Positions 27,019 through 39,421 of a stretch of 64,000 nucleotides of DNA are shown here, piece after piece. The notes under the pieces are model-generated. The model saw only the letters and a program-made list of their open reading frames with translations. It ran no database searches and was not told the DNA's origin. This stretch comes from Felis catus (taxonomy: Eukaryota): NCBI RefSeq assembly GCF_018350175.1, contig NC_058368.1, positions 14,882,001 through 14,946,000 on the forward strand. Direction: 5' to 3'. Made by a program: the position numbers and the translations under genes. Position 1 is the first letter of the stretch. Every line of letters begins with the position of its first letter.

Positions 27019-27236
27019 CAGTGGAGGGTTGGTAAATGTTTAACATCTGGCTTTCTGGGTGGGGATGAGTGGGTGAAGGGTCTTGATTTGTAGTCACTGC
27101 TGATCTCCATGATGTAAATATGCCCACCATGAAATTTATGGCTAATTTCAAGCCTCCAAATGTTTAGCAACTAGCTCAGAAAACTTGAAATTTTAACAAT
27201 CAGACCTAGCAAGCTGGTACAAGTCAGCTCTGCTAT
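27019..27236. mobile_element. MER63-like hAT non-autonomous DNA transposon
   Basis: CAGTGGAGGGTTGGTAAATGTTTAACA terminus, GTAAATATGCCCACCATG and GCTAATTTCAAGC core; homologous to 14765-14942. Confidence 0.75.
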
Positions 27237-27252
27237 AGAATTGGTGCTTATT

Positions 27253-27465
27253 GGGGCGCCTGGGTGGCGTAGTCGGTTAAGCGTCCGACTTCAGCCAGGT
27301 CACGATCTCGCGGTCCGTGAGTTCGAGCCCCGCGTCAGGCTCTGGGCTGATGGCTCAGAGCCTGGAGCCTGTTTCAGATTCTGTGTCTCCCTCTCTCTCT
27401 GCCCCTCCCCCATTCATGCTCTGTCTCTCCCTGTCGCAAAAATAAATAAACGTTGAAAAAAAAAA
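27253..27465 (+). mobile_element. Very young felid-specific SINE (SINEC_Fc type)
   Basis: Many intact CpGs, TTCAGCCAGGTCACG variant head, pure A tail, perfect TSD AGAATTGGTGCTTATT at 27237-27252 and 27466-27481. Confidence 0.97.
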
Positions 27466-29657
27466 AGAATTGGTGCTTATTGTGTTTAAAGCATCATTTA
27501 ACTTTCACTGTATCACCAAATAAAAATTTACCAGATCTCTGGTGTCATCGATAAACTCTTTTGGCCCACTGTCAGTTGACTCTTTAATGATAATTTTTAA
27601 ATAATGAAAACCATGGAGTAAAGTACGATTTCTTGGTCAACCTCAAATATCTTCATATACTCAAAAGCTACTTGAGAACCCACAAGTTAAGTAAGCGCAT
27701 CAACAAACAGAAGTCTCAACACAGGCACAGCATATGAATCTGAGGTTCACCAATGGCTGTTAAGTTCTTGGTGGACTTAAACAACAATGATGTAGCAGAA
27801 ATTAAGTTCAACTGTGAGAAGCAGGAAGAATTGATTTTAATTTTATCACTCTTTCTAAACCATTGTGTAATGATTGACCAACCTCAGAAAATGCCAAAAC
27901 CATAATTTCGTTTTCAACATTTAAGAATCCCAATGCCAATTCCTTTATCGTCATAAAATCTTCACATTCAGACAGTCTTGACTTGTGAAGATTAGACCCC
28001 ATTATTTCATTTGTCTTTTAAATGTGCTTTCCCTTTATATCCAAGGATTAAGTTAATCCCTTCCTCCATTATGCATGAGGTTTGAGTTATCCTTCAAATT
28101 ATGGGATTTGCACTTGTGCACACCATCTTGACCAGTGTCCCTTGTGATTAAACCAATTTAGTTCATTTTTACATTTACTATCTCCTGCCTGTCAAGAACT
28201 ATATCAGGTTCTGAGGATTCAAGGATGTTGGAGGACAGATAACCTGATCTCTGGCAGTCTGGTGAACCAGGTAAGAGCCAGTCAGAGTGAAGAGTGCCAA
28301 CAGGATCACATGAAAAACACAAAACGTCAAGCCTCCAGACTATGACTATGAGCACAGTGACATTTCACAAGTCATCCATCCACAAAAATGATACCTCAAT
28401 CAGCTTGGGATGATGCTACAGAGACAGAAACATACTTCACTCCATCCAAAACACTAACCGTGTTTAATGGGAAAGCACCAGCTATCTCCTTTTATATCAT
28501 TTACTACAAAATAAATAAATAGCTATTTCAGAAATTTAGAAAGTGGGGGAAAAATATTCTCACCTTAGACACTAATCTTTCTAGCTTATGTTTGCATAAG
28601 CTTCAAGGATTCATTTTTTGCCTATCTGGTTATTGGGGTCTCCAGAGACTCCTCAGTCCTTCAACACATCAGCGTGAAAAGCACCAATGACTCCTCATCT
28701 GCCAAACCTTACCAATCATCCCACTTGAATAACCAAACCTCAGATCACTTCACTGCTCAACCATATTCACAGCTTCAGATAGCAAAAGGTTATTTCCCTT
28801 TATGGACAAGTAAACATCTTTTTCTTTAACAATACCTATGTCCTTTTGTCTCACTTGATTCTTGCCAGTTTAGGTCATAAAAGCCTCTGTATAGTCTATT
28901 AATCCCCATCCCTAATCTCATGTGCACTCTTACTTGTTAATAATCATGAAGATTTTTTGAAATTCAGTGTTCTTTTCATTCTGCTCATTCACTCACCAAA
29001 TCTCATTCAGCACATGTTTTTACCTCTGAAATTACTCAGATGTGAGCAGAAGAAAGAGAGCTTGCTTTACAGAAGTGAAAAATCAAAGTAACGTTGAGCA
29101 TGAACACTAAGGTACTGTTCCCCTTCGTCTTTCTTTAGACCAAAAGGACAATGCCCCTTTTTCTCAATAGCAGCTCTCTGAATTTCAATACTTTCCTTAT
29201 TACAGTGATAGCCATCTAGAGAGCTATGTTTACAGATTAATTTTTCCAAAAAAAAAAAAAAAAAGAACCTTAGAAGGGAATTAATCTGTTAAAAAAAAAA
29301 AAAAAAGGACCCTATCCTACGTAAGAGGAAAAGACCTTTAATGAAAGTTCCATTACCTCCACAGAATTGAAGGTTGCTGTTCTCAGGGAACTTGAGTCTC
29401 CTAGGTGATTTGGAATACAATTCCACCGGCTTTTCCATTCCTATCACCTTAAAGGTAGCCAGTATAACTGCTATTAATTTTGTAAATATCCCTCCATGAT
29501 TCATAGCTTTTTAAGATGCTTCCTTTTATTGAATGTCCTCACTTGATCTAACAACAGAACTATCTTTCTCTTTGAAAGGATTACTATTTGCAGGAAAAAA
29601 TTTATCATCATCTTACAGAGATTCAAAGATGAATTCATTTTAGAAGAGCAAAGTAGT

Positions 29658-29931
29658 CTCCTTCTCTCTCTCAAAATAAATAAATAAACTTAATTTTAAA
29701 AAATTTAAAAAGGAGGCACCTGGGTGGCTCAGTTGGTTAAGAGTCCAGCTCTTGTTCTCAGCTCAGGTCATGATCTGGTGGTTTTGTGAGTTCGGGCCCT
29801 GCATCAGCCTCTGTGCTGATGGTGCGGAGCCTGCTTGGATCCCCTCTCTCCCTCTCTTTCTCTGCCCCTCCATTGCTCTCTCGCTCTCTCTCTCAAAATA
29901 AATAAACTTAAAAAAATTAAAAAAGAAAAAA
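29658..29931 (+). mobile_element. Tail-only SINEC fragment (29658-~29711) followed by a full SINEC (~29712-29931)
   Basis: One perfect TSD AGAAGAGCAAAGTAGT (29642-29657, 29932-29947) encloses both pieces. Confidence 0.92.
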
Positions 29932-30156
29932 AGAAGAGCAAAGTAGTGGGGATTAACATGTGGGAAAGACAGGCGATATTTCTGGGGCACTTAACAAGTC
30001 CAGATAGCAAAACTAGAAGCCCCAAAACTTGAGTATCAATGATAGAGAAAGTGTCAACTTCAGAATGATTATTCATTCATTCTATGAAAACCCAGTGAAC
30101 TCCAACTAAGACTCTAGGTCAGACACAACAAATAGGAATTTAAATAGGACACGTTT

Positions 30157-30311
30157 GGGGCACCTGGATAGCTCAGTCAGTTAAGTGTCTGACTTCAGCT
30201 CAGGTCATTATCTCACAGTTCATGAGTTCAAGGCCTGAATCAGGATCTGGACTGACGGTGCAGATCCTGCTGGGGATTCTCTCTCCCTCTCTCTCTGGCC
30301 CTGCCCCATGT

Positions 30312-30351
<40 letters not shown>

Positions 30352-30388
30352 AAGTAAATAAACAAACTTAAAAGAAATAAAAAATAAA
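30157..30388 (+). mobile_element. SINEC
   Basis: TSD TAAATAGGACA(C/T)GTTT at 30141-30156 and 30389-30404. Confidence 0.95.
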
Positions 30389-31737
30389 TAAATAGGACAT
30401 GTTTTTCACTCTTAAGGGGTTCACTCTAAGGTTTCCTAGAAAGAAAGACATGGAAGCAAATACTGAAATAAAAGGAGTAAAGTGTAAGAGATATATTCAA
30501 AATGCCGTCGGATTTAAAAGACAAAAGAATTGAAGCCCCACCTAAAAGATGGAAAAGAAACTGTACTTCTAGGCTCAGAATATGCTGCTCCATATCCTTA
30601 TGTGATGGCTGGGTAAATTATATGCACAGAGAAGTCACAGAATCTAAATTGTGGAAGGAACGTCCTTGAACCCCCTAGTCAAACCATATCCCACTCCCCA
30701 CACCTTGTTCTGTACTTGAATCTGGTGTCAACCTACTGCTAAGTAGTCACCTAGCCTGAGTTCTGTGACTGAGCATATTCAAGGATAGGGTGGCTTTAGG
30801 GCAGTCACTACTTTGGAAAATTCCATTTGTTTTATATTTAGCTGAAACCTCTTTTCCTTTCGTTTCTGCCAATTGACACTGGTTATTTCTTCTAACTTGT
30901 GTTAGAGAGCACATTCCAATTACCCAAGACACATAGCAAAGTCAATCAGGATCAAAAGGAGTGCTCTATTTGGGGCTACTTGGTCTCCTCACTTACCGTG
31001 AAACACAGAGCATATTCATTGAGTATCTACTATATTAAAAAGACTGTGTGGGGTCCTAGGAAGCTACTAGAATAAGAGAAAGGCTTAGTCCTCAACAAAT
31101 TGACTGTCTAATGGAGACTACATATCTATAATGAGAGGCAGAAGAGGATCATCATCACAGAGGAGAATAAGTCACTTAGAATTAAGGTTCAGCAGACAGA
31201 GAGATCACATTCCACTTGGCAAACCTGGAAAGAGCCGTGGAAACAATGAACTACAAAACCAACTCAAAGAATCAACCAATAGTTATTTACCACCTACTAT
31301 GTGTCAGGTACTGTTTGCGGGGAGCTGAGGTTGTAGCAGAACATTCAAAGTCTTTATTTTCAAGGAGCTTAGGTTCTTGATGGGGAAGACAGATCACAAA
31401 CAAGGAAACAGATGTCACACAACGATAATGGCAAAGAGGATAGTGTTGCCGGGCGGAGGCAGGTTTCTATTTTAAGTAAAAGAAAGGCCTCACTTTAAGG
31501 GGACCTTTAAGAATAGACCTTCAGGAAGCAAACAGGCAAGCTATTCCGATATTAGGGGGATAGATGTATCTTAAAGAGGAGACTAGATTTCACCCGGAAG
31601 AGCTCAGAAGGAAAAGTATACACGGAGGCATCAAGCAAGGAGACCACATAATACAAAGGAAAATGGCATATGCTGCAGTTTGGAGTAATACAGGAGAAAT
31701 GTGAGAGTCATGGAAGATAAGTATAGAAAGGGAGAAC

Positions 31738-32203
31738 TGGGGAGCAATTCTCCATGACATTTCTCCCCATCTGTTTAGTCCTAAACCATCTTTCCAGAAA
31801 TACGTACATAGCAAAACAGGCTTGGAAGATATAGGTGATGTCTTATGGGGTAGATAGAGGGCAGATTTGCTTCCTGATTGGCATAATAAATGTGTTCTCT
31901 CTCTCTCTCTGGGGCAATGATTTGGTAGCAGCCCTATTATAAGATTGGGGGTTTTCCAATCTTGGGGTTTCTCAGCAGTGACATACCACTGCACACACAG
32001 CATTCATACCTGGGCCACTCTACATCACCTCCATGGAAGTGGTGGAGGAAACTAATGAGAACATGAAGCTCATGTTGCCTGCTGTGATGGGAATACCTAA
32101 GTCCTTTGCCTCTGACCCAGAGACCCATGTCTTCAGCCAGCATCTATGAAACTGCTTCAGTTTAGTTTGTTAGCTTGTAAGGTAAAATCTCAGAACCTCA
32201 GAG
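31738..32203 (+). mobile_element. ERVL-class solo LTR (LTR40-like), inserted among L2 remnants
   Basis: CAATTCTCCATG start, GCTTGGAAGATA, AACATGAAGCTCATGTTGCCTGCTGTG, GTCCTTTGCCTCTGACCCAG and TTGTTAGCTTG..GGTAAAATCTCAG match the recalled LTR40 consensus. Confidence 0.75.
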
Positions 32204-32454
32204 CATAGCTGAGTCCTTACTATAGAGGAAGTTGAATACTGAGTTGAGACACAGTCATACAACTTGGGAGAGGACAAGGGGAAGTCAGTGATGGAATTTA
32301 AGCAGAGCAATGTTTGTTAAGATTAAATTATCAGGGCAGCTTAGGATCACCTAGAGGAGAAAGTGATAAAGGGGACAGACAGTGAAAGCTCATACTTTCT
32401 GGGTAATGCACTTTGATACATGATCTCACTTAATCCCTCCAATAGACTGTATAT

Positions 32455-32760
32455 TTATTCGTTCATTCATTCAACATGTAATTATTGAGTATTTACTATC
32501 TCCTGAGACTCTTTAGGCATTGAGCTATAACCATGAACAAAATCACGGGCAAGATTCCTGTGTCCATGGAACTCACATTCTAGGGTTGAACATAAACAGA
32601 CAACCAACCGACCAAAGAGTTGACAGAAGGTCTGGTGGCCATAAATGTTATAAAGCAAAATAAAGTGAAGTAAAGGGACAGACGGATAGGAATGCTATTT
32701 TAGATAGGAGAGTCAGAGAAAACCTCTCGGAGGAGGTGAACATGAGAAGAGACCTGAAGA
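32455..32760 (-). mobile_element. LINE-2 3' end
   Basis: TTCATTCATTCAACA..TTATTGAGTATTTACTAT, CCATGGAACTCACATTCTAG, GGAGGTGAAC..GAGACCTGAAG. Confidence 0.75.
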
Positions 32761-33664
32761 AAAATGTGATAACTGCTATTATTATGTCTACTTGAGAGCT
32801 GAGGACACTGAAGGTCAGAAAGACTCTATCACAGCCTTACTAATGAGTACTGGGGTGGGGAGATGAACCTAGGAATGGATTTTCCTAGGAACCCGGAATT
32901 TCTACTGCCACACTACACTCCCCTGTGTGGGGACCAGGTGAGACGCTACTCATGTCTGTGAGAGTAATAAGGGCCAGAACCATGGGAAATGCAGCAGGAA
33001 TTATGAGAAGGGGCAGATATGAGAGACAAATTTCACAAAACCGGCCAGTAGGGCCACTTGAAACGCAAACACAGAGAGAGGTTTGAGAGGAACTGAAACC
33101 TTTGAGCTTGGATGGCCAGACATAGAGGCTCGAGGAGGAGAGGTCAGGCTGGAGGGAAGATCAGAAACTGGATAAATAATGATTCAGTTTCAGACACAGC
33201 AAGCTTGTTGCACTGGCAGAATAGGCTTTGAAATTTTATCTCAGATTTCAGATAACATGGACTTCGTTTGTTTGCCCTCTACTGCTACCTTTATTGTGTT
33301 CAAATTCTAGTTGTATCCCAGCCATTGGACCCTATAAGAAAATAGCAGGAGAAAATTACCTGTCCCATGCTGGTTGCTCCTAACCAGGCTACTCCCTCAA
33401 AAAACTGAGGTGTGAACTTGCTGTCTATTTTTTACTAGCATTTACATTTTTCTTGCCCTTTGGAACTGAATAATAATACGAGAGAAAAACATAATTTTCT
33501 CAGTGCTTCTTTTTCATAGGTTTCTAAAAACACCAATGTACTAGTGTCTGATTTATCTCAACTTATATTAGGTATAAAAAATTTAGACCACAAACTGTCA
33601 TAAATCCTTGTCACACGTTATCCCTTTGTGTCAACTGCACGACTATCTCAGTACATTCTAACTT

Positions 33665-33801
33665 TTAAAAAGAAATTTTTTAAGTAGGCTCCATGCCCAG
33701 TGTGGAGCCCAACATGGGGCTTGAACTCATAGCCCTGAGATCAAGACCTGAGCTGAATTGAAGAGTCAGATGCTTAACCAAATGAGTCACCCAGGTGCCC
33801 C
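33665..33801 (-). mobile_element. Short older SINEC subfamily copy
   Basis: TSD CATTCTAACTT at 33654-33664 and 33803-33813. Confidence 0.9.
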
Positions 33802-34006
33802 TCATTCTAACTTCTTTAGAGCTTACCAGACCACACTGGGGTTAAAGTCAGGTAAGAGGAATTTCATTTCTATTTTAAAACAGTTATAGCTTATTATAGA
33901 ATTCTAAAAACAGGGAATATTAAAAATATAGGAAGGTATAAGCTTTTTAAAGTAACTGTTGAATCGCTAATAAAGTTATATCATCCAAAAATCAAAAAGC
34001 ATTCAT

Positions 34007-34217
34007 GAGCCACCTGAGTGGCTCAGTTGGTTAAGAGTCTGACTTTGGCTCAAGTCATGATCTCATGGTTCACAAGTAGGAACCCTGCACTGGGCTCTCT
34101 GCTGCCAGCACAGAGTCTGCTTCATATCTGTCCCCCTCTCTCTCTCTGCCCCTCCCCTGCTGGCACACTGTCTCTCTCTCTCTCAAATAAACATTAAAAA
34201 AATCTAAAATCCTTTAC
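34007..34217 (+). mobile_element. SINEC
   Basis: CACCTGAGTGGCTCAGTTGGTTAAG head, CT tract, degenerate TSD AAAAATCAA...CATTCA. Confidence 0.92.
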
Positions 34218-34499
34218 AAAAATCAACACTCATTCAAAAATACATAATAAAAGCATATGTACATATGCTTACATATATGTATGCATATGTGTGTATATAT
34301 TCTCCCTTTTTATATAAATGGTAGCATAGTATTCAAACCTTGAGGATCAAACATACGTCTTTGGAACCATTTCCATGGACTCACCCCTAAGTAGGCATGT
34401 ACATGAACACACACACACACACTGACACACAAACACACACACACATTCAGATACATACATGTGAAATATGGTCAGTATTTAAATTTTTATTATTGTTTT

Positions 34500-34694
34500 T
34501 TAATGTGTATTTAATTTTTTTAGAGAGAGAGAGTGTGAACAGGAAGGGCAGAGAGAGGGAGACAGAGAATCCAAAGCAGACTCCGTGCTGTCAGCACAGA
34601 GCCCAGTGTGGAGCTCAAACTCATGAACCATGAGATCATGACCTTAACAGAAATCAAGTCAGACACTTAACTGACTGAGCCACCCAGGTGCCTC
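34500..34694 (-). mobile_element. SINEC, left member of a head-to-head pair
   Basis: Reverse complement starts GAGGCACCTGGGTGGCTCAGTCAGTTAAG. Confidence 0.94.
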
Positions 34695-34727
34695 AAAAGA
34701 GAACTACTTTAAAACAATATTAAAGTT

Positions 34728-34942
34728 GAGGTGCCTGGGTGGCTCAGTTGGTTAAGCATCCGAATTTGGGTCAGGTCATGATCTCCTGGTTTGCAGGTTC
34801 GAGCCCTGCATCGGGCTCTGTGCTGACATCTCAGAGCATGCAGCCTGCTTCAGATTCTGTGTCTCCCTCTCTCTGCTCCTCCCCCACTGGTGCTCGGGCT
34901 TTCAAAGTAAATAACCATTAAAATAAATAAATAAATAAATAA

Positions 34943-34994
<52 letters not shown>

Positions 34995-34999
34995 ATAAA
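34728..34999 (+). mobile_element. SINEC, right member of a head-to-head pair, with (TAAA)n(TAGA)n tail
   Basis: GAGGTGCCTGGGTGGCTCAG head; about 12 AGAT units at 34944-34992. Confidence 0.94.
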
Positions 35000-36694
35000 T
35001 AAAGTAGTTCTCTCTTGTTATCTTTTATCACTATCACCACCATTATTATTACTCTGTAAAGTACAGTAGTGTGTGTGTTTGCCAAATTAATCTACCTTCT
35101 CTCACAGCAACACGAATCAGAACCATGGACAGCAACATCTCTTCCCAACCCTCTTCCTTCACTTCAAAAATATTTAGTCTTTCACAGGAGTAACTTCATT
35201 CCAATCTCCATTTTCAAAAAAAAAAAAAAAAAAACCTGCAAATATAAGTGAGGCTAAAGAATTTCCAGAGGGGTGAATCCTGAATATTAGTAATCTCTTA
35301 CTTAAATGTATGTATGTCATATACATTTATTTATGTATAAACCATACACGTTGGAAATGAACATTATTTAAGGCAGGCCTCAATTACTCAACCTGATTGG
35401 TAAGGAAGGAGTAAAAATTCCTCTGTAAAGCCCTGGTATAGGTAAAATGAGACACATTTTCTGCTTTAAAGAGATCTAAATCTTTGCTCAGGCCTTGCTT
35501 TATGTGAGGCACCCATGAAAAATTATTTGTACTTTTAGCCCATGCAGAGTTCACATGAGGACTAGATTGAATGTGTTCAATATTACTATATTGGATTTAT
35601 GGAATGAACTAAAGCAATGCTCTTCAGCCAGCATGGGCTTTTAGTTTGCAGAATAAAGCATGAGGGGAAAAGGGATTTCAAAGCTTTGTATTCAGGCTGA
35701 GCTTATCTTTCTTCATATGACCGCCTGGCTTTGAGAAGGGTTTAGAGAGTCATCCAGTCATGAATATCTATCTGTTACAAGTACAGCCTTGTGATAAAGA
35801 CTATATACAATGTGAAGATGCATAGCATGCCTTCTGACCTCCAGATGCTTACAGATGGGGGGGGGGGGCAGTAAGACAGCTGTATATAAAAGGTCACTTC
35901 ATTTTGTCCTTGTGTTTAGGCATATCATCAGCAGCAGCAGTAATATCAATAAAATAGGACAGTTCCTAAGTGTACTAGAAAGCCTTCAGAGGAGAGAGGA
36001 AACCTGTGGGCTGGTGATGCTGAGAAACTTAATGGAGCATATGGGATCTGAACTAGGTTTTTAAAGAAGAGTAGAATTTAGACAAGCACACAAGGGGTAG
36101 GGGCATCTCTGTGGAGGGAAATAAAGCTCAGTTCCCACTCAGGGGACAGGGCCAAACTCCTTGTGTTGCTGGCCACAAATGTCTGAGCCGGGACAGGGTT
36201 CTAGGAGCCCAAGGGACTGAGAAAGGGAACTTCTCACAGAACAACCAAGGATGGGGCTGTGCAAGAAGCAAGCATGATTTTTAATAGGAGATGAAAACTA
36301 GAGATCAGTGCCAAACGCAGCATCAGGACTCAGGGCTGAGAAGAGGATAACACTGGAAGGATAAAACAAGAACACAAATTAAGCTAATATCCAAAATTAG
36401 TCTGGAGTGAGACATGAATTGAAAAAGGCTGAAACAATTCTAGACATAGGCTGAGAACAAGGTGAGGATGTTAGAAACGGGCATAGGAAATCCAGTAGAT
36501 TTCTCAATTAGCACCTATGGCAATAGTGGCAATATTTTATTGATTCCATTACTTTTCTAAAAAAATTTCCACCCCCAATACTCTGCCTACATAGGAATAC
36601 CACCCTGTGGGTTCAGAATTGTTGGAATGACCTCTCCAAATAAGATGGCAAATCATGTTTTGCAAAACCCATCATTAAAATCCATCAGTCCTCA

Positions 36695-36818
36695 GGGCGC
36701 CTGGGTGGCTCAGCTGGTTGAGTGTCCGACTCTCTTTTTAGGCTCAGATCATGATCCCAGCGTCCTGGAATAGAGCCCCAGGTCAGGCTCTGTGCTGAGT
36801 GTGGGTCCTGCTTAAGAT

Positions 36819-36865
<47 letters not shown>

Positions 36866-36936
36866 ATGTGTCCCTCTGCCCCTCTCCCCTGCTCACTCTC
36901 TCTCTCTCTCTCTCAAAATCAATCAATCAATCAATA

Positions 36937-36976
<40 letters not shown>

Positions 36977-36979
36977 ATA
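36695..36979 (+). mobile_element. SINEC containing (TG)20 and (AC)17 tracts
   Basis: Perfect TSD AAAATCCATCAGTC at 36677-36690 and 36980-36993. Confidence 0.94.
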
Positions 36980-39421
36980 AAAATCCATCAGTCATGGTGG
37001 TATGGCCACACAGCTGTCTGTTGATAAGAAACCAAATAAAATTAGGGACTACACTCTATGATGATACCACTGTATGCTTGGGGTCATTTGAATATTTGTG
37101 TAGAAATATTCTTTAAGTCAAGTGAAGACGGAAATCGGGAACATTCTTTCCTTCTAATTCCCTGTGGTACTGGTCCACTTTTCCATCCATTCTCCTTTCA
37201 CACAGTAATACAAATACACACTTTATTGCCGCACAGAGAAATCTTAATGTTAGAAACTTGGCATTTAAATAATACCTTTCTCCCAAAAAGCCAAAAGCAG
37301 TTTATAAGCCAGTATCCTGTGGAATCATCACAGTGGGCCTGGCAATAAAATCAAGGTCTTCATCCTCCAGCGAACGGTTTTCTCCACTAGACCTCAGTGG
37401 CCAGCTGCCAGCTGCAGGAGAAAGAAATCTAAACACAAAAGGCAGCCACTCATCCTTTTTTCTGGGATTTAACTATGGAATAAAGAGCGTTTAAACAACA
37501 GAAGTAAGGAGGAAGATCTGAAGGTGGGTTCTGGAGGGTTACCAGTGTTATCCTCAACTCCACTCACCACAGACGGTGGTTAAATAGCTGCAAGTAGTTG
37601 GAATAAGGGGGAAACTCTCGTGCTTCCATTGTTCTAACCCAGGGATTCCCCAGTTTTCAGAACATGCCGCCACCTGAAGAAATACTCCCTATTCAAACAT
37701 AGGGTTTTCTCTAATAAAGAGGACTTAGGTTCAAATTTCTCTCTAGAGGTAAAATATCAACATTCAATTCACATGAGGTATCTATACCTTAACATGTGTT
37801 TCTGGTAAATTCCAGTATTTTAATAATAAAATGACTATTAATGGGCAATTGATTCAAGCACTTATTATTTACTCTGTATCAGGTTACTCTGACATAGCCC
37901 CACATTTGATTGCCTCTTAAATATAAGCTTCCCACCTTCGGTGGTACAGCGACCAGAAAGCAGACTTTTTCCTGTCTTACTAGTCCCATTGTCAGAGCAG
38001 TTAATCATTGAGCTCTTCTTGAGTGTGCAAATATAGACTTCCCGATATTCAGCAAACACAGACACTCCGTATTTTACTTGCTAAAATGTCAATCAAAGAC
38101 ATAGGCACCTGTGGCCACAGCTCAGACATCCAAGAATGTAGGCAGGGAAACACATCCAGTATTTACTTTGTGTCCAGCAAATACCGGGACACAGGGACTG
38201 CAAGGACTGGCAGAAATGGTCCACAGGCTAGATGAGGAAGCAACCATCACCTCCTCTGATGAATGCAACATCTGCTTAGAAATCATGTGTGAAATCGGAC
38301 AAAACCACACAGGAGTGGGAGCATGTGGGACTGATTATAACACAACCAAGACCTCAGAGAAGAAATCTTCCAGAAGACCAAGAAAAAGCATGCGAGGATG
38401 GTCATGCTGGTGGTGCCGAGGGAGGGCACGTGGGGCAATGAGGCCGGATAGAAGTCTTACAACCTAGGTTGCCAGCATTCAGCAAGAGCAAACTAATTCC
38501 ACCCTGACCTTCTTCAACTGAAAACTGAAATTGCTTCTCATCTATGGCCAGTTGCAAGATCCAATCTTAAGATAAGTCCTAGCATTTATTTTTTTTTTTA
38601 AAAGAGTACCTTGGTATACATGTCTTTTTGTTATAATAAGTAAAGAGGCATCTAAAGACAAATGCTTACTGTCTGTTCTGAAAGTAGAAGATTAAATAGC
38701 TAGTTGTTCACACCACACACTCTGATGACTGAAAGAGCACTTAAACTGTAACCAAAACATTTTAAAGTCCCAATGCTCCACAAATTTCTACTTCAATTCT
38801 TTTTTTTAAGCCACTGTCTCTCCTTCCACCTAAAGAGTGACTGACAAATAATCCTACAAGGCATACCAGTCCACAGAACACTTAATAAGAATAATATTAT
38901 AACTGGAAAACCTGGCAGAAACAATTTCTAGTTTAAATGCAGCAGCACAGATAGAAGTGAAGTGATGATGTATGAATGTAGTTTGGCTCAATTTAGTGCT
39001 TGACAGGAAGCCCAACACATCAATATTCCAAACAACCAAACATTTAATACAGTAACCTAGCATCTACTCAAAACTAAGTGGCAGCCAGAGATTTTTTGGC
39101 ACTAAATCATACCATAGTAAATTTCAAAGTCCCCCATCAATGTGTCATCTTTCATAAAATACCGTTTAAGTCACCACACTGCCTTGGAAACCCAAAAGCC
39201 CTATTTTTCAGACTTTTCCTCTATTAAGCAGCCCTCTGAGAACTCGGTCTAAATTTGGAATGTTTCTGTCAGGTATGATTCTGTTCGAGTCCTGGTTGTG
39301 ATTCACACTTTAGTTGAGCTACCTATCATCTTAAAATGTCATTCTTGTCTGGAAACACCCCAGTTCTTTCAACCACACTTATTTATATGGTGGCTTTGAT
39401 GTTTAAGAAACACTGTACCCA

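Noticed and set aside
27808..28002. 64-aa ATG-initiated minus-strand ORF with protein-like composition
   Set aside because: No recognisable family, no extension into neighbouring frames, no splice signals; its length is expected by chance.
36130..36620. Possible ancient Gypsy-type LTR remnant
   Set aside because: Only a compositional impression; I cannot identify diagnostic termini.
37975..38095. 100-nt minus-strand AG...GTAAGA segment with an open frame (QVKYGVSVFAEYREVYICTLKK)
   Set aside because: Weak donor context and no recognisable homology.
38111..38467. 118-aa ORF containing ECNICLE, resembling a RING-finger start
   Set aside because: GTG start, remaining RING ligands are not correctly spaced, no splice context or recognisable homology; possibly a very old LINE remnant.
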